49,741 nt of DNA from Nemertoderma westbladi (Eukaryota; Animalia; Xenacoelomorpha), in the NCBI GenBank assembly GCA_032718475.1, contig JAUCBJ010001891.1:1-49741 (forward strand). The letters run 5' to 3'. Under the pieces are notes generated by a model that was given only the letters and a program-made list of their open reading frames with translations, was not told where the DNA came from and ran no database searches. Positions 23,944 through 36,957 of this stretch are shown piece by piece. The first letter of the stretch is position 1, and every line of letters begins with the position of its first letter. The position numbers were made by a program, and so were the translations under genes.

Positions 23944-25198
23944 AAGTTCTTTTTTTTCTCTAGCTGCCTAGTGTAAATTCAGAAATTTGTCCAAAGATAT
24001 TTCTGTATTTCCTAAGTGTAAATAACTAAAACTATTCTCCGCTATGCAGCGTACGAAGTCCTTATTTTATTCTAAATACTATCATACATAAACTACATTT
24101 ACTCCTCAAATGTACTGGGTTGCGAACTAATTATTAGGTATTCCAGAATTTGTAACGCTAATTAGTTACGTTACTGGGCTACACTAAAGACAGCCTAAAT
24201 ACCGTATTATTGGAGCTAACAGTAATTTAACAAGCATAAATAGAAAACAGAAACAATCAAGGTACGGTATATAGCACCTATCTAAAACATTACACATAAA
24301 TAGCATTAGCATTAGCGTTAGCATAGCATTAGCATAAGCGTAAACGGCTAAGGTCACCCCAGATCAATGTGATCTTTCTACCTAAACCTAGCTAGCCTAA
24401 TAGCAAATCTGAGAGACAAGATCTAGGTCGCCTTGCCCCTTACAACCTTAATGGCGACCGGCCCTCGGTCCTAAACTTAATTCAGCCAACCTGCCAACCG
24501 CAGCCACCAGCCCCGCCGGTAGTGCCGTGCATTGGATCCTCCAACTTCTCCCGTCGCTTCCAAACAGTGAGCCCGCGGCGCCTACCCCTACACTAGCCCA
24601 ACATGTTAAAGAGGGCAGTTACCGTACAGCCGTAACGGCGCAAACATAGTAAAAACCAATCAGACAGTCGAAGGAAACAAACGTTGATTTTGGTTCACTA
24701 CATTGCGGCAATTATATTTGCAATCAGAAATATAAAATCAACAGTCAGACTAAGCAGTAATCATATTCAAAAGTCACAAATGTATGAAGAAAAGCAGCAA
24801 CATTTACAACCAACGGAAGTGCAAAAAACGAAGAATAAAGATGGCTACTGCTAAACTGTAGGAATGACGCAAAGTCTAAATTTGCTCACATAATCAGGCG
24901 ACATCCAGGGTTGTCTCAGCTGGATTTTCGACCAACCAGTGGGCAAAACTCAATTTAGGATCATTAATGCACGTAATCGCCTCAACTTAATTTGGCGATT
25001 ATTAAAAGCACAATTTATGCGTTATTTTAGCACAAACATCGATTTATAGGGATATGTAAATAAAATTAGCACAAATGTATTAGATTCGATAGATATTGAA
25101 AAACGGCAAAATTCATATTTTGTGACGTGATTTTGTGATTTTGTGTTATTGTGACGTCACAAGTATAGCTACCCCCCCCCCCCCCCCCCCCCCCCCGG

Positions 25199-25363
25199 GA
25201 GCTACACTGTCTACCTATCAGCAGAAGGATTGATTTTAAGATCGCAACACTAGTTTATAAGTGTCTACACGGTTTGGCGCCAGACTACCTAGCGAATCTA
25301 CTCGATAAATATGAGCCTTGTCGTACCCTGGGATCACGGAATCTGAATTTATTGTATGAACCT
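25199..25363 (+). mobile_element. L2/CR1-group LINE ORF2 C-terminal fragment
   Basis: Manual translation ELHCLPISRRIDFKIATLVYKCLHGLAPDYLANLLDKYEPCRTLGSRNLNLLYEP matches the LHWLP..RI.FKI....YK.LHGLAP.YL motif. Confidence 0.85.
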
Positions 25364-27078
25364 TGTTTATTTATTTATTGTATGTTATTGTATGTTATCA
25401 GCTTGTAAATTTATGGTCAATATAGGTCTAATATACGTTGATATAATGACACAAATGTAAAATATATATTGTATATTTTTCCACTTGAGTTTATCGTTAA
25501 AATAAAAGTTATAACTAATTTAATAAAATTATACATTTATAAATTACAGGCAAAATTAATTGGACTATAAATAAATAAATTAATCAAAAGTCTTTCAGAA
25601 ATTTATAAATATATTTTTAGAAAACATTACTTACTTAACTAAATATAGAATAATAACTGGAACACAATTCAATTAAATCACATCAATTCAACAGAATATA
25701 CAAATAAATATTAAAAAGTAATGAATAGGGTTAGCTCACAATAATAATGCTACAATAATTATTAGCTGAACATCTGACTTGGTTTCCTGTCACCGTTCCA
25801 TATCTGTGTTACATAATGAATGTAAGTATAGGAACGAACCCCCTGTGTATCCAATACAGAACCCCGAGGTTTACCTAGTCTGTAACCAATCCACTGATCG
25901 CTGTAATTAATGCTAAATATATCCTTTATAAGGATATAAATAGCTGAAGTGGTGATTTTGGGTGCAGAATGGAGTGCGATTATCCAAACAGAATTGATAG
26001 TTTAGTAACACTGACGGACGTACAATGACATAGGGTTGTCGGGTAACTTTAGGGAAACCACAACCAGCCACAGTGGGACCGAGATAATTCGAATAGATTA
26101 GATAAACATATAACATTATAGTAGTTCTGAATGGGAACCAACTCCGTTACACTCATTGTAAACCAATGTTTTATTGGTTAAAGAATATAACCAATGGGAA
26201 CCTCTGAGTTATAATTAAAACGTTTTATTAGTAGATGGTCAAGGTTTGTGTCTACCAAAGGGACGTAGCAGATACACAGGTATTACTCGAATACTCAATA
26301 CAGATAATATGGGACCAAAATCGAACAAAAACTAATTAAAATGAAAATCAATTGAGGGAAATTTATATCATTTATGTATTTATATCTGATATAAATTAAT
26401 TATTTTAGATCTAATTTTGGCGAAAATTGCGAGCTCTCCCTATGCAAAATAGTCATTAAATCTTTGTTATTATTTATAAAATTAATATAATTAAAGGTAT
26501 AAAATTCCCATAATATAAATTATTACATAAACCTATTTATAATACTGGCCCTCAACATCAATACTATTAAATATTTTCGGTAACTGAATATAATATTCTG
26601 TAAGATACGGGATTGAACTGGTGTTATTCAATCAATTGATCTGATCTTCTTTTGAATACTTAGGAGAGTTTGAGTTTAGAACATCGGAACTACTGTCTGT
26701 CTGTAGGGTTGGATTACTTTATTGGGATGTTATTTGTTAATTTGTTGATTTGTTATAATTAAGTTTCTCTTCTCTGATATTCCAATATTATATATATAAT
26801 AATCTGCTTCTGTTTTCTTATAATCCAAATGGCATCTTGTTTGGTTTGCGATTATTCTGTAAATATAGAAATGAAATAGGTCCATAAAATTTGCATATTA
26901 TTGAAACTTTTTTTTATGTTACATTTTTTTATATAATATTTAATTTATTTCGAGTATGCACCAAACAATACCCCCCACCAACAGACAACATGTATTAATT
27001 GACCAAGTAGAAAAGGGCGGGAAATTTAAAACTATCAGTATGATAGGCCCTAGTGATATAAGGCGGGAAATTTAAAAC

Positions 27079-29470
27079 GATGTCAACATTGAAACTAATT
27101 CAATACAACTAAATAGTACAGTAATAATTTTAAGGAGCATTTCTAACATTCTAAAAGGAGAAATTTCTTCCTGACTGAAAAACAAAATTAGTTCTAGAGG
27201 CCTTTGGGACTCAATGTAACTCACCTTAATATATCGAAGATTCAACTCCTTAAATAAATCGGATTGTTGGTCTAGTTGGAATATAAGATATGTTGCCGAA
27301 ATCTCAATGTTAAATAATAATCTGTCAGAGTTGAACTGAAGTTGTTGATTTAGAAGTCAAGAGTTGTTACTTGTCTGGAAAATAGCAAAACGAAAAAATA
27401 GTATTATGATTTCATATTAAAAATCCCTCCCAGCCCAGTGTAAAAATTGAAATTTGCATCAGCAATATATATTTAAATTTGACGTTCGTACGAGTTAGTA
27501 ATTCATTCATATGAGTTTGTAAATAGTATTTCTTTCTTTCATGTCCCTTTAGGGGATACGTAAATAAAGATTAGCTTATCTAACAATGAATTTGAATGAA
27601 TTTGAGAGACTTCTCCGTGGAAATCAGAATGGGTTCCGTAGAGGTCGTGGGACCATGAAGCCAATTTTGGCATTGAAGAGTTATCAAAAAAGAAAGACAG
27701 GCATCTGCCTGTTATCTTTGTTGACTTCTTCAAGGCCTTTGATTCAGTCTCCCGCTCACGTATGTTCAGCATACAGTACTTTCATTATATGGGATTCCTG
27801 ATGAAATTATTGCAGCAATCAGATCAGTATACGATGGTTCGACAACATCTACTGTTGACGGTGACACAGAACCATTTGAAGTGTTATGGGGCGTCCTCCA
27901 AGGAGACTCACTTGCACCATTCTTGTTCATTATTGTGGTTGACTATGTTCTACGCATGTCCTTAGATCATCATAATGATGATGGGGTGATGATAACTCCA
28001 CCTACTGGCTCCAGTAGTCGAGGAAATCCTGCCAAGTACCTAACTAATCTAGACTTTGCTGATGACTTAGGAGTACTCTCAGAATCACTAGAGCGAACCC
28101 ATCGGCTCCTCAGATTATTAGAACAGTTTGCTTCTAGTGTTGGTCTTTTTATTGACTCCAAAAAGACCACAATTTTAACATTTAACTTTGAAAGTCCTCA
28201 GCATGTCTCTGACCGGTTGAGCAAAAGCTCAAAGGATGGTATGCTTGAGCGTGTGGACGTCTTCTGTTACATGGGAGTATGGATCCAGAAGTCAGTTGAG
28301 GACCTTCGAATACCTAAGGGAAAGGCATGGGCAGCCTTGAATAGGCTTTCCAGGATTTGGAAGTCAACGAGAATTAATCGGAAACTTAAGGTGCGATTAT
28401 TTCGAGCAGCAGTAGTTCCAGTACTCCTCTACGGGAGTACTTGTTGGGCTCTAACTGCTGAGGACACCAAACAACAAGAATGCTACGCCGGGTTCGTTTT
28501 ATAAAGTACAATGCACACATCTCCAACCAGACATTATATAACATTGGAGGTTCTTTCAATGGTTCCCCCAAGCTTGACACTAGAACAAAGTTGCCTCCGC
28601 TTTGCAGGACATTGCTTTCGCCGTGAGGACCAGCCAGTGCATAATCGTGTGCTTCGGCATCCTCATGGAGTGAATAAGTATGGTGGACAGCCCATGACTT
28701 TCTTGAGAAGCATCTTAAAATATACTGGCCTTGAAGATGCGGATGATCTAGCAAATGTCATGGGTGATAGGGAGTTGTGGCGACGCAATTTTGTCGTCAA
28801 GCAGGCACAACATTCTTAAAAATGCAGCTGCAATGCAGCATGCCAATCCTAGTAGTAGTATCCGAAGAATTTCTAACGTTCTAACCAGAAATGTGTGAGA
28901 AATAGTTGTGGGTGTTGGTTTTTCAACTCACCTGAATATATCGAAGCTGCACCACCAAATAGGTGGGGTGATATAGTTTATGTGCTGCTGGCTGTTCTGA
29001 GAATTTGAGCTAATTTCATTGAGTTATAGATTTAGAAACATTCTAGATAGTTGTTGTCTGAAATATAACAAAAATTAAATATTATGATTTCATATAAATA
29101 TTTTCATTAGCTAATCTAACAGATTAGTTTAACAAACTATGTGGAACTTAATAAACTCTAGTCTGCTTTTGAATCTTAATAGCAAAAACCAATACCGATT
29201 ATTAACACGTTAACGTTATTTTTTTACGTTTAATTTTAAGTTGTTTTAAAGTATAATATGTTGTTTGCTGCAATTTTAAGTTCATATTGTCGACATTTAT
29301 AATTTTTCGAGTTTTATATTTTACACCCAGCTGCTATACTTACTCATTGAATTCACAAATTGTGTTTCTTTTTGCAGCAGATTTAATTTATAAATAATAA
29401 ATTAGGAATAATCAATGTCATTTAATACAGAATTGAAGCTAAACATCAGCTGGAGACAACGATCTGACAA
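27079..29470. repeat. Second copy of the duplicated exon-bearing block (paralogue of 10795-11780), interrupted by an RTE LINE
   Basis: Direct alignment by eye; splice-like sites are retained (actcacc at ~27220 and ~28927, tgtctg at ~27372 and ~29055). Confidence 0.85.
27601..28860 (+). mobile_element. RTE-clade LINE fragment of the same family as 18445-20435, in opposite orientation
   Basis: RGNQNGFRRGRGT, GVLQGDSLAPFLF and NLDFADD; same 3' UTR (cattcttaaaaatgcagctgcaatgcagc) and (AGT)n tail; frameshifted. Confidence 0.93.
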
Positions 29471-30375
29471 ACGCCGGTCTTTATGTTACAATAACTACCA
29501 CCTGTATCAACCACCCTCCATGAACGCCGGTCTTTATGTTACAATAACTACCACCTGTATCAACCACCCTCCATGAACGCCGGTCTTTATGTTACAATAA
29601 CTACCACCTGTATCAACCACCCTCCATGAACGCCGGTCTTTATGTTACAATAACTACCACCTGTATCAACCACCCTCCATGAACGCCGGTCTTTATGTTA
29701 CAATAACTACCACGTGTATCAACCACCCTCCATGAACGCCGGTCTTTATGTTACAATAACTACCACCTGTATCAACCACCCTCCATGAACGCCGGTCTTT
29801 ATGTTACAATAACTACCACCTGTATCAACCACCCTCCATGAACGCCGGTCTTTATGTTACAATAACTACCACGTGTATCAACCACCCTCCATGAACGCCG
29901 GTATTTATGTTACAATAACTACCACCTGTATCAACCACCTTCCATGAACGCCGGTCTTTATGTTACAATAACTACCACCTGTATCAACCACCCTCCATGA
30001 ACGCCGGTCTTTATGTTACAATAACTACCACCTGTATCAACCACCTTCCATGAACGCCGGTCTTTATGTTACAATAACTACCACCTGTATCAACCACCCT
30101 CCATGAACGCCGGTCTTTATGTTACAATAACTACCACCTGTATCAACCACCCTCCACGAACGCCGGTCTTTATGTTACAATAACTACCACCTGTATCAAC
30201 CACCCTCCATGAACGCCGGTCTTTATGTTACAATAACTACCACCTGTATCAACCACCCTCCATGAACGCCGGTCTTTATGTTACAATAACTACCACCTGT
30301 ATCAACCACCCTCCATGAACGCCGGTCTTTATGTTACAATAACTACCACCTGTATCAACCACCCCCCATGAACGC
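29468..30375. repeat. Minisatellite, 53-bp unit, ~17 copies, homologous to the 49-bp array
   Basis: Unit gaacgccggtctttatgttacaataactaccacctgtatcaaccaccctccat. Confidence 0.97.
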
Positions 30376-31828
30376 TTACTAGCGTTCAATATTGTTCAGT
30401 GGGCAGACTGCTGGATAAGTACACATGACGTCCGTCCAGATCTACTTATCTAGGGAGACCTCTAGAATTGACTCCGTTGTTGTTGTTGTTGTTGTTGTTA
30501 ATTTCATCTTAGGTTTTGGTATTAGGGATTGATACGGGTCCAGTAGCTCAGGCAGAATACCTAAGGACTGTGGTAAATCTAAGGTTGAGAGTAGGCTAGA
30601 GCTAAGGTCACGAGTAGCGTGGAGGCGAGGAAGGGAGTAGCTTGCTTAGGTGGATGGTAGGAAAAGCCCGGCTTTCTTTTGGCTGTTATAAATAGCTTAC
30701 ATAGTTTAAACTACTGCAGCTATAGTAGTTCCCCTGGTTGAGGAGATGGGAAATCATGTACTGGGATAGGCTGCAAGTTAACCCAACAAAACAACTAAAC
30801 TTTTAATTAATTATTGATTACAGGCAAGGATTAGTAAGGAATTTTTAAATTTCATTAAAGGTTTACGTTTAATTAAACGAGTATCAGTTAATCGTGTTAT
30901 ATTGACAAATAAATTATATAGTTGTCTATACTTATGAGTAAAATAATAAACTTTCAATAATGTGTCATGACTTCAAATGCATCCACGAGTACCGTGTTTT
31001 GATAAGGGAATTAGCAAACGAAGACCTGCAATTTAGCGGGGAGGGGGGGGGGGGGTTTCCGGTCATTTTTGGGGGTTTTAGAGCATGTAGTTGTAGGCCT
31101 AGGTTTTAGTACTACATGGTGTTGATCGTGTGGGTGGACCACCGAACAGTTGCGAATTTTAGACTAAAGAAGACAATTGTTTAAAATTTATTGTTATTTT
31201 GTAATCCGATACTCACATTGCACATATATAGTAAGATATACAGTATATTGTATAATCGCAATATTAAAAGTTAAGTTACAATAATACTTTGGACAATGGC
31301 GTGGCTAGTATTATAGCCCAATGTATTGTCTGGGAGTGCCGAGCAGGTAGGGGTGGTGTGCAGTGCTTGCAAAAAAAAAGACGGGGGGGGGGGGGGTATT
31401 ACTATTATGTGAATTGTGAGGTGTGAGATTGTTACTGTTGTTGCTGATAGGGAAATAATTAATTATCCTAAGTTAATCTACAGCGCAATCAATTGTTGCA
31501 CTGGAGTTCCGATGCTGATCCAGGTATATAAAACTAAACTAATGAGTCGAGATAGGAAATACATAAAATATAAAATATTGGATGGAAAAGGTTATGGAAA
31601 ATTGGTAAAATCTATGTTTTATTGATTGTTTACAGTGTACTTTAATTTAATATTTTAGAAGGTGACCTATTTCGAAAAGGGTACTGTATTTTAGATTTTT
31701 TATGTTTTACGTCAGCAGAGGAATCAGAGTTCCATATCGTTGGCCCTGAAAAATAATTATTACTGATTGGAAATTGTTGGAAAACTAATGGATCTTTGAG
31801 ATGAGCAATGAGCATATCCTTGCCTTAA

Positions 31829-31921
31829 GGCCTGTTTACACGTGGCAACTTTTAGAGCAACTTTCTCGGCAACTTGTAGAGCAAACAAGGTTGCCGATCA
31901 AGTTGCTCCTTGTAAACACGT
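31829..31921. mobile_element. PIF/Harbinger-like transposon terminus (one end only)
   Basis: TAA followed by GGCCTGTTTACACG, with an internal inverted copy aagttgctccttgtaaaca at ~31900-31918. The partner end was not found. Confidence 0.5.
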
Positions 31922-32110
31922 AAAAAAGTTGTCGTAAAAGTCAAAATATTGATGTTTCAATATTTACAAAGTATAATAATTCTAATAAAAATATGTATGG
32001 TAGAAAAACACACTATTGCGTTTTTCCTTTCTCTCTGCGTTTTTCCTCCCTCTCTGGTCATTTTTCCGCGTAATTCTTTTCCCCCCTTGTTTACAGTCTG
32101 TTTTACCCCA

Positions 32111-32175
32111 GCCCTAGCTCAGTTGGCAGAGCGTGTGACTGGAATCTCTAGGTACTGAGTTCAATCCCCCCATTC
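32111..32175 (+). other. tRNA-derived sequence (SINE head or tRNA pseudogene)
   Basis: A box tagctcagttggcagagc and B box gagttcaatcc at tRNA-like spacing; stems pair poorly. Confidence 0.6.
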
Positions 32176-32444
32176 CGGTGAATGTTTTTTTGTTGTAAGA
32201 TTGGTAGTAAGACGTTCAAGGAGACAGTTCATGCGTTAGTAAAACCTGACCAGTAATTAAGTTCAATTTCAGTTCCCAGATAGGGGTTCCTAGTGCCTAC
32301 AGGTAATTATTGTACTTACCAGTAATTATAGTTCCATTTAAGTTCTCAGAATGCGGTTCCAAATCTAACGTAACGTATAGAGTCTTTTATTAATTCCTGA
32401 ACGATACCAGCTTCAAAGTTGTTTCAAAGATCTGCAGGTTTAGG

Positions 32445-35400
32445 TTAGAGTTTCACAGTCTGGCAGTCTTCTGTTAGAGTTTCACATTCTGGCAGTCGTC
32501 TGTTAGAATTTCACAGTCTGGCAGTCTTCTGTTAAGTTTCACAGTCTGGCAGTCTTCTGTTAGAGTTTCACAGTCTGGCAGTCTTCTGTTAGAGTTTCAC
32601 AGTCTGGGAGTCTTCTGATAGAGTTCTCACATTCTGACAGTCTTCTGTTAGAGTTTCACAGTCTGACAGTCTTCTGTTAGAGTTTCACAATCTGGTAGTC
32701 TTCTGTTAGAGTTTCACAGCCTGGCAGTCTTCTGTTAGAGTTTCACAGTCTGGCAGTCTTCTGTTAGAGTTTCACATTCTGACAGTCTTCTGTTAGAGTT
32801 TCACAGTCTGGCAGTCTTCTGTTAGAGTTTCACAATCTGGTAGTCTTCTGTTAGAGTTTCACATTCTGGCAGTCTTCTGCTAGAGTTTCACAGTCTGGCA
32901 GTCTTCTGTTAGAGTTTCACAGTCTGGCAGTCTTCTGTTAGAGTTTCACAGTCTGGCAGTCGTCTGTTAGAGTTTCACAGTCTGGCAGTCTTCTGTTAAG
33001 TTTCACAGTCTGGCAGTCTTCTGTTAGAGTTTCACAGTCTGGCAGTCTTCTGTTAGAGTTTCACAGTCTGGGAGTCTTCTGTTAGAGTTTCATAGTCTGG
33101 CAGTCTTCTGTTAGATTTTTACAGTCTGGCAGTCTTCTGTTAGAGTTTCACAGCCTGGTAGTCTTCTGTTAGAGTTTCACAGTCTGGCAGTCTCCTGTTA
33201 GAGTTCTCACATTCTGACTGTCTTCTGTTAGAGTTTCACAGTCTGGCAGTCTTCTGTTAGAGTTTCACAATCTGGTAGTCTTCTGTTAGAGTTTCACAGC
33301 CTGGCAGTCTTCTGTTAGAAGTTCACAGTCTGGCAGTCTTCTGTTAGAGTTTCACATTCTGACAGTCTTCTGTCAGAGTTTCACAGTCTGGCAGTATTCT
33401 GTTAGAGTTTCACAATCTGGTAGTCTTCTGTTAGAGTTTCACAGACTGGCATTCTTCTGTTAGATTTTTACAGTCTGGCAGTCTTCTGTTAGAGTTTTAC
33501 AATCTGGTAGTCTTATAGTTTAGAGTTTCATAGTCTGGCAATCTTCTGTTGGAGTTTCACAGTCTGGCAGTCTTCTGTTAGAGTTTCACATTCTGTTAGT
33601 CTTCTGTTAGAGTTTCACAGTCTGGCAGTCTTCCGTTAGAGTTTCACAGTCTGTCAGTTTTCTGTTAGAATTTCACAGTCTGGCAGTCTTCTGCTAGAGT
33701 ATCACAGTGTGGCAGTCTTCTGTTAGAGTTTCACAGTCTGGCAGCCTTCTATTAGAGTTTCACAGTCTGGCAGTCTTCGATTAGAGTTTCACAGTCTGGT
33801 AGTATTCTGTTAGAGTTTCACAGTCTGGCAGTCTTCTGTTAGAGTTTCAGAGTCTGTCAGTCTTCTGTTAGATTTTCACAGTCTGGCAGTCTTCTGTTAG
33901 AGTTTCACAATCTGGTAGTCTTCTGTTAGAGTTTCACAGTCTGGCAGTCTTCTGTTAGAGTTTCACAGTCTGTTAGTCTTCTGTTAGAGTTTCACAGTCT
34001 GGCAGTCTTCTGTTAGAGTTTCACAGTCTGGCAGTCTTCTGTTAGAGTTTCACAGTCTGGCAGTCTTCTGATAGAGTTTCACAGTCAGGCAGTCTTCTGT
34101 TAGAGTTTCACAGTCTGGCAGTCTTCTGTTAGAGTTTTACAGTCTGACAGTCGTCTGTTAGAGTTTTACAGTCTGGCAGTCTTCTGTTAGAGTTTCACAG
34201 TGTGGCAGTCTTCTGATAGAGTTTGACAGTCAGGCAGTCTTCTGTTAGAGTTTCACAGTCTGGCAGTCTTCTGTTAGAGTTTCACAGTCTGTCAGTCTTC
34301 TGTTAGAATTTCACAGTCTGGCAGTCTTCTGCTAAGAGTATCACAGTGTGGCAGTCTTCTGTTAGAGTTTCACAGTCTGACAGTCTTCTGTTAGAGTTTC
34401 ACAGTCTGGCAGTCTTCTATTAGAGTTTCACAGTCTGGCAGTCTTCTGTTAGAGTTTCACAGACTGGCAGTCTTCTGTTAGAGTTTCACAGTCTGGCAGT
34501 CTTCTGTTAGAATTTCACAGTCTGACAGTCTTCTGTTAGAGTTTCACAGTCTGGCAGTCTTCTGTTAGAGTTTCACAGTCTGGCAGTATTCTGTTAGAGT
34601 TTCACAGACTGACAGTCTTCTGTTAGAGTTTCACAGTCTGGCAGTCTTCTGTTAGAGTTTCACAGTCTGACAGTCTTCTGTTAGAGTTTCACAGTCTGGC
34701 AGTCTTCCGTTAGAGTTTCACAGTCTGGCAGTCGTCTGTTAGAGTTTCACAGTATGGCAGTCTTCTGATAGAGTTTCACAGTCAGGCAGTCTTCTGTTAG
34801 AGTTTCACAGTCTGGCAGTCTTCTGTTAGAGTTTCACAGTCTGACAGTCTTCTGTTAGAGTTTCACAGTCTGGCAGTCTTCTGTTAGAGTTTCACAGTCT
34901 GGCAGTCTTCTGTTAGAGTTTCACAGTCTGACAGTCTTCTGTTAGAGTTTCACAGTCTGGCAGTCTTCTGTTAGAATTTCACAGTCTGACAGTCTTCTGT
35001 CAGAGTTTCACAGTCTGGCAGTCTTCTGTTAGAGTTTCACAGTCTGGGAATCTACTGTTAGAGTTTCACAGTCTGGCAATCTTCTGTTAGAGTTTCACAG
35101 TCTGGCAGTCTTCTGTTAGAGTTTCACAGTGTGGCAGTCTTCTGATAGAGTTTCACAGTCAGGCAGTCTTCTGTTAGAGTTTCACAGTCTGGCAGTCTTC
35201 TGTTAGAGTTTCACAGTCTGTCAGTCTTCTGTTAGAATTTCACAGTCTGGCAGTCTTCTGCTAGAGTATTACAGTGTGGCAGTCTTCTGTTAGAGTTTCA
35301 CAGTCTGACAGTCTTCTGTTAGAGTTTCACAGTCTGGCAGTCTTCTGTTAGAGTTTCACAGTCTGGCAGTCTTCTGTTAGAGTTTCACAGACTGGCAGTC

Positions 35401-36182
35401 TTCTGTTAGAGTTTCACAGTCTGGCAGTCTTCTGTTAGAGTTTCACAGTCTGACATTCTTCTGTTAGAGTTTCACAGTCTGGCAGTCTTCTGTTAGAGTT
35501 TCACAGTCTGGCAGTCTTCTGTTAGAGTTTCACAGACTGACAGTCTTCTATTAGAGTTTCACAGTCTGGCAGTCTTCTGTTAGAGTTTCACAGTCTGACA
35601 GTCTTCTGTTAGAGTTTCACAGTCTGGCAGTCTTCTGTTAGAGTTTCACAGTCTGGCAGTCGTCTGTTAGAGTTTCACAGTCTGGCAGTCTTCTGTTAGA
35701 GTTTCACAGTCTGGCAGTCTTCTGTTAGAGTTTCACAGTCTGACAGTCTTCTGTTAGAGTTTCACAGTCTGGCAGTCTTCTGTTAGAGTTTCACAGTCTG
35801 ACAGTCTTCTGTTAGAGTTTCACAGTCTGGCAGTCTTCTGTTAGAGTTTCACAGTCTGACAGTCTTCTGTTAGAGTTTCACAGTCTGGCAGTCTTCTGTT
35901 AGAGTTTGACAGTCTGGCAGTCTTCTGTTAGAGTTTCACAGTCTGGCAATCTTCTGTTAGAGTTTCACAGTCTGGCAGTCTTCTGATAGAGTTTCACAGT
36001 CAGGCAGTCTTCTGTTAGAGTTTCACATTCTGGCAGTCTTCTGTTAGAGTTTCACAGTCTGGCAGTCTTCTGTTAGAGTTTCACAGTCTGGCAATCTTCT
36101 GTTAGAGTTTCAGGGTCTGGCAGTCTTCTGATAGAGTTTTACAGTCTGGCAATCTTCTGTTATAGTTTGGCAGTCTTCTGAT
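32445..36182. repeat. Minisatellite, 29-bp unit, ~128 copies
   Basis: Unit agagtttcacagtctggcagtcttctgtt with scattered variants. Confidence 0.97.
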
Positions 36183-36957
36183 TCAGAATTTTATCCCATC
36201 ACTTTTCTGAAAGAGTTTCCAGTCCGACGGATTTCGCATAGATTTTCGTTTCTGGCAGTTTCCGAATAGAATAGTTTCTACCATGGTGTTGTACTTCGTC
36301 TCCACTTCTCTACAAATAAGATGATAAATTGTTAAATTTTATCGCGTCTATCATCTAACACTACTAATATTTATCACTCAGTTTTTTCAAATTTTTCAAC
36401 CACAAAAAATGAATTAATTAAAAAAAATTCCTAATGCAATTTAAGTCAACAACTGTGCTATTATTAATTCAAACAACTGAAGTACTAACTAAACCAGAAG
36501 GTGGAACATAAAAACTGGTAACAATAAATTAAATATTATATTTATTTTGCATGTAATCATTGATCGACAGATGGTCTTTGCTGACCAAGTTTTTGTGATA
36601 TTCTCGAGAAAAAAGGCCAGGAAGTGACACAAAGTATGAATTCTTACCGTCAATCTGTGTAATTTGTTAGCTTGAGCTAAGTGAAAGCCTTCAACTGATA
36701 GGTAAATCTTTCCAGTCTGCTGACCACTATATAAAACTTATAGTTTATCGTTTATTTAAATTACTAGCTATTATTGAATCTACAATTAAGGTTTTAATGA
36801 CACCTGACTTTATATTTAATAATTTTAATAATATAACCACTTTAATAGCAGTCTGTATCGTCTTCAATTAATTAGAGTTCTTATACAAAATTCAATTTTA
36901 TTAATTAGATGTTTTTATAAAACTATAATTAGAATTGTCTACAATGCATTTCCAGAC

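Noticed and set aside
23944-25196. Possible missing 5' part or promoter of Roco B
   Set aside because: No similarity to 40919-41800 was seen. It is probably unclassified repeat DNA, but I found no termini or ORF to support a call.
32111-32185. Functional tRNA gene
   Set aside because: A and B boxes are present, but the acceptor and anticodon stems do not pair convincingly, so it is treated as SINE-like.
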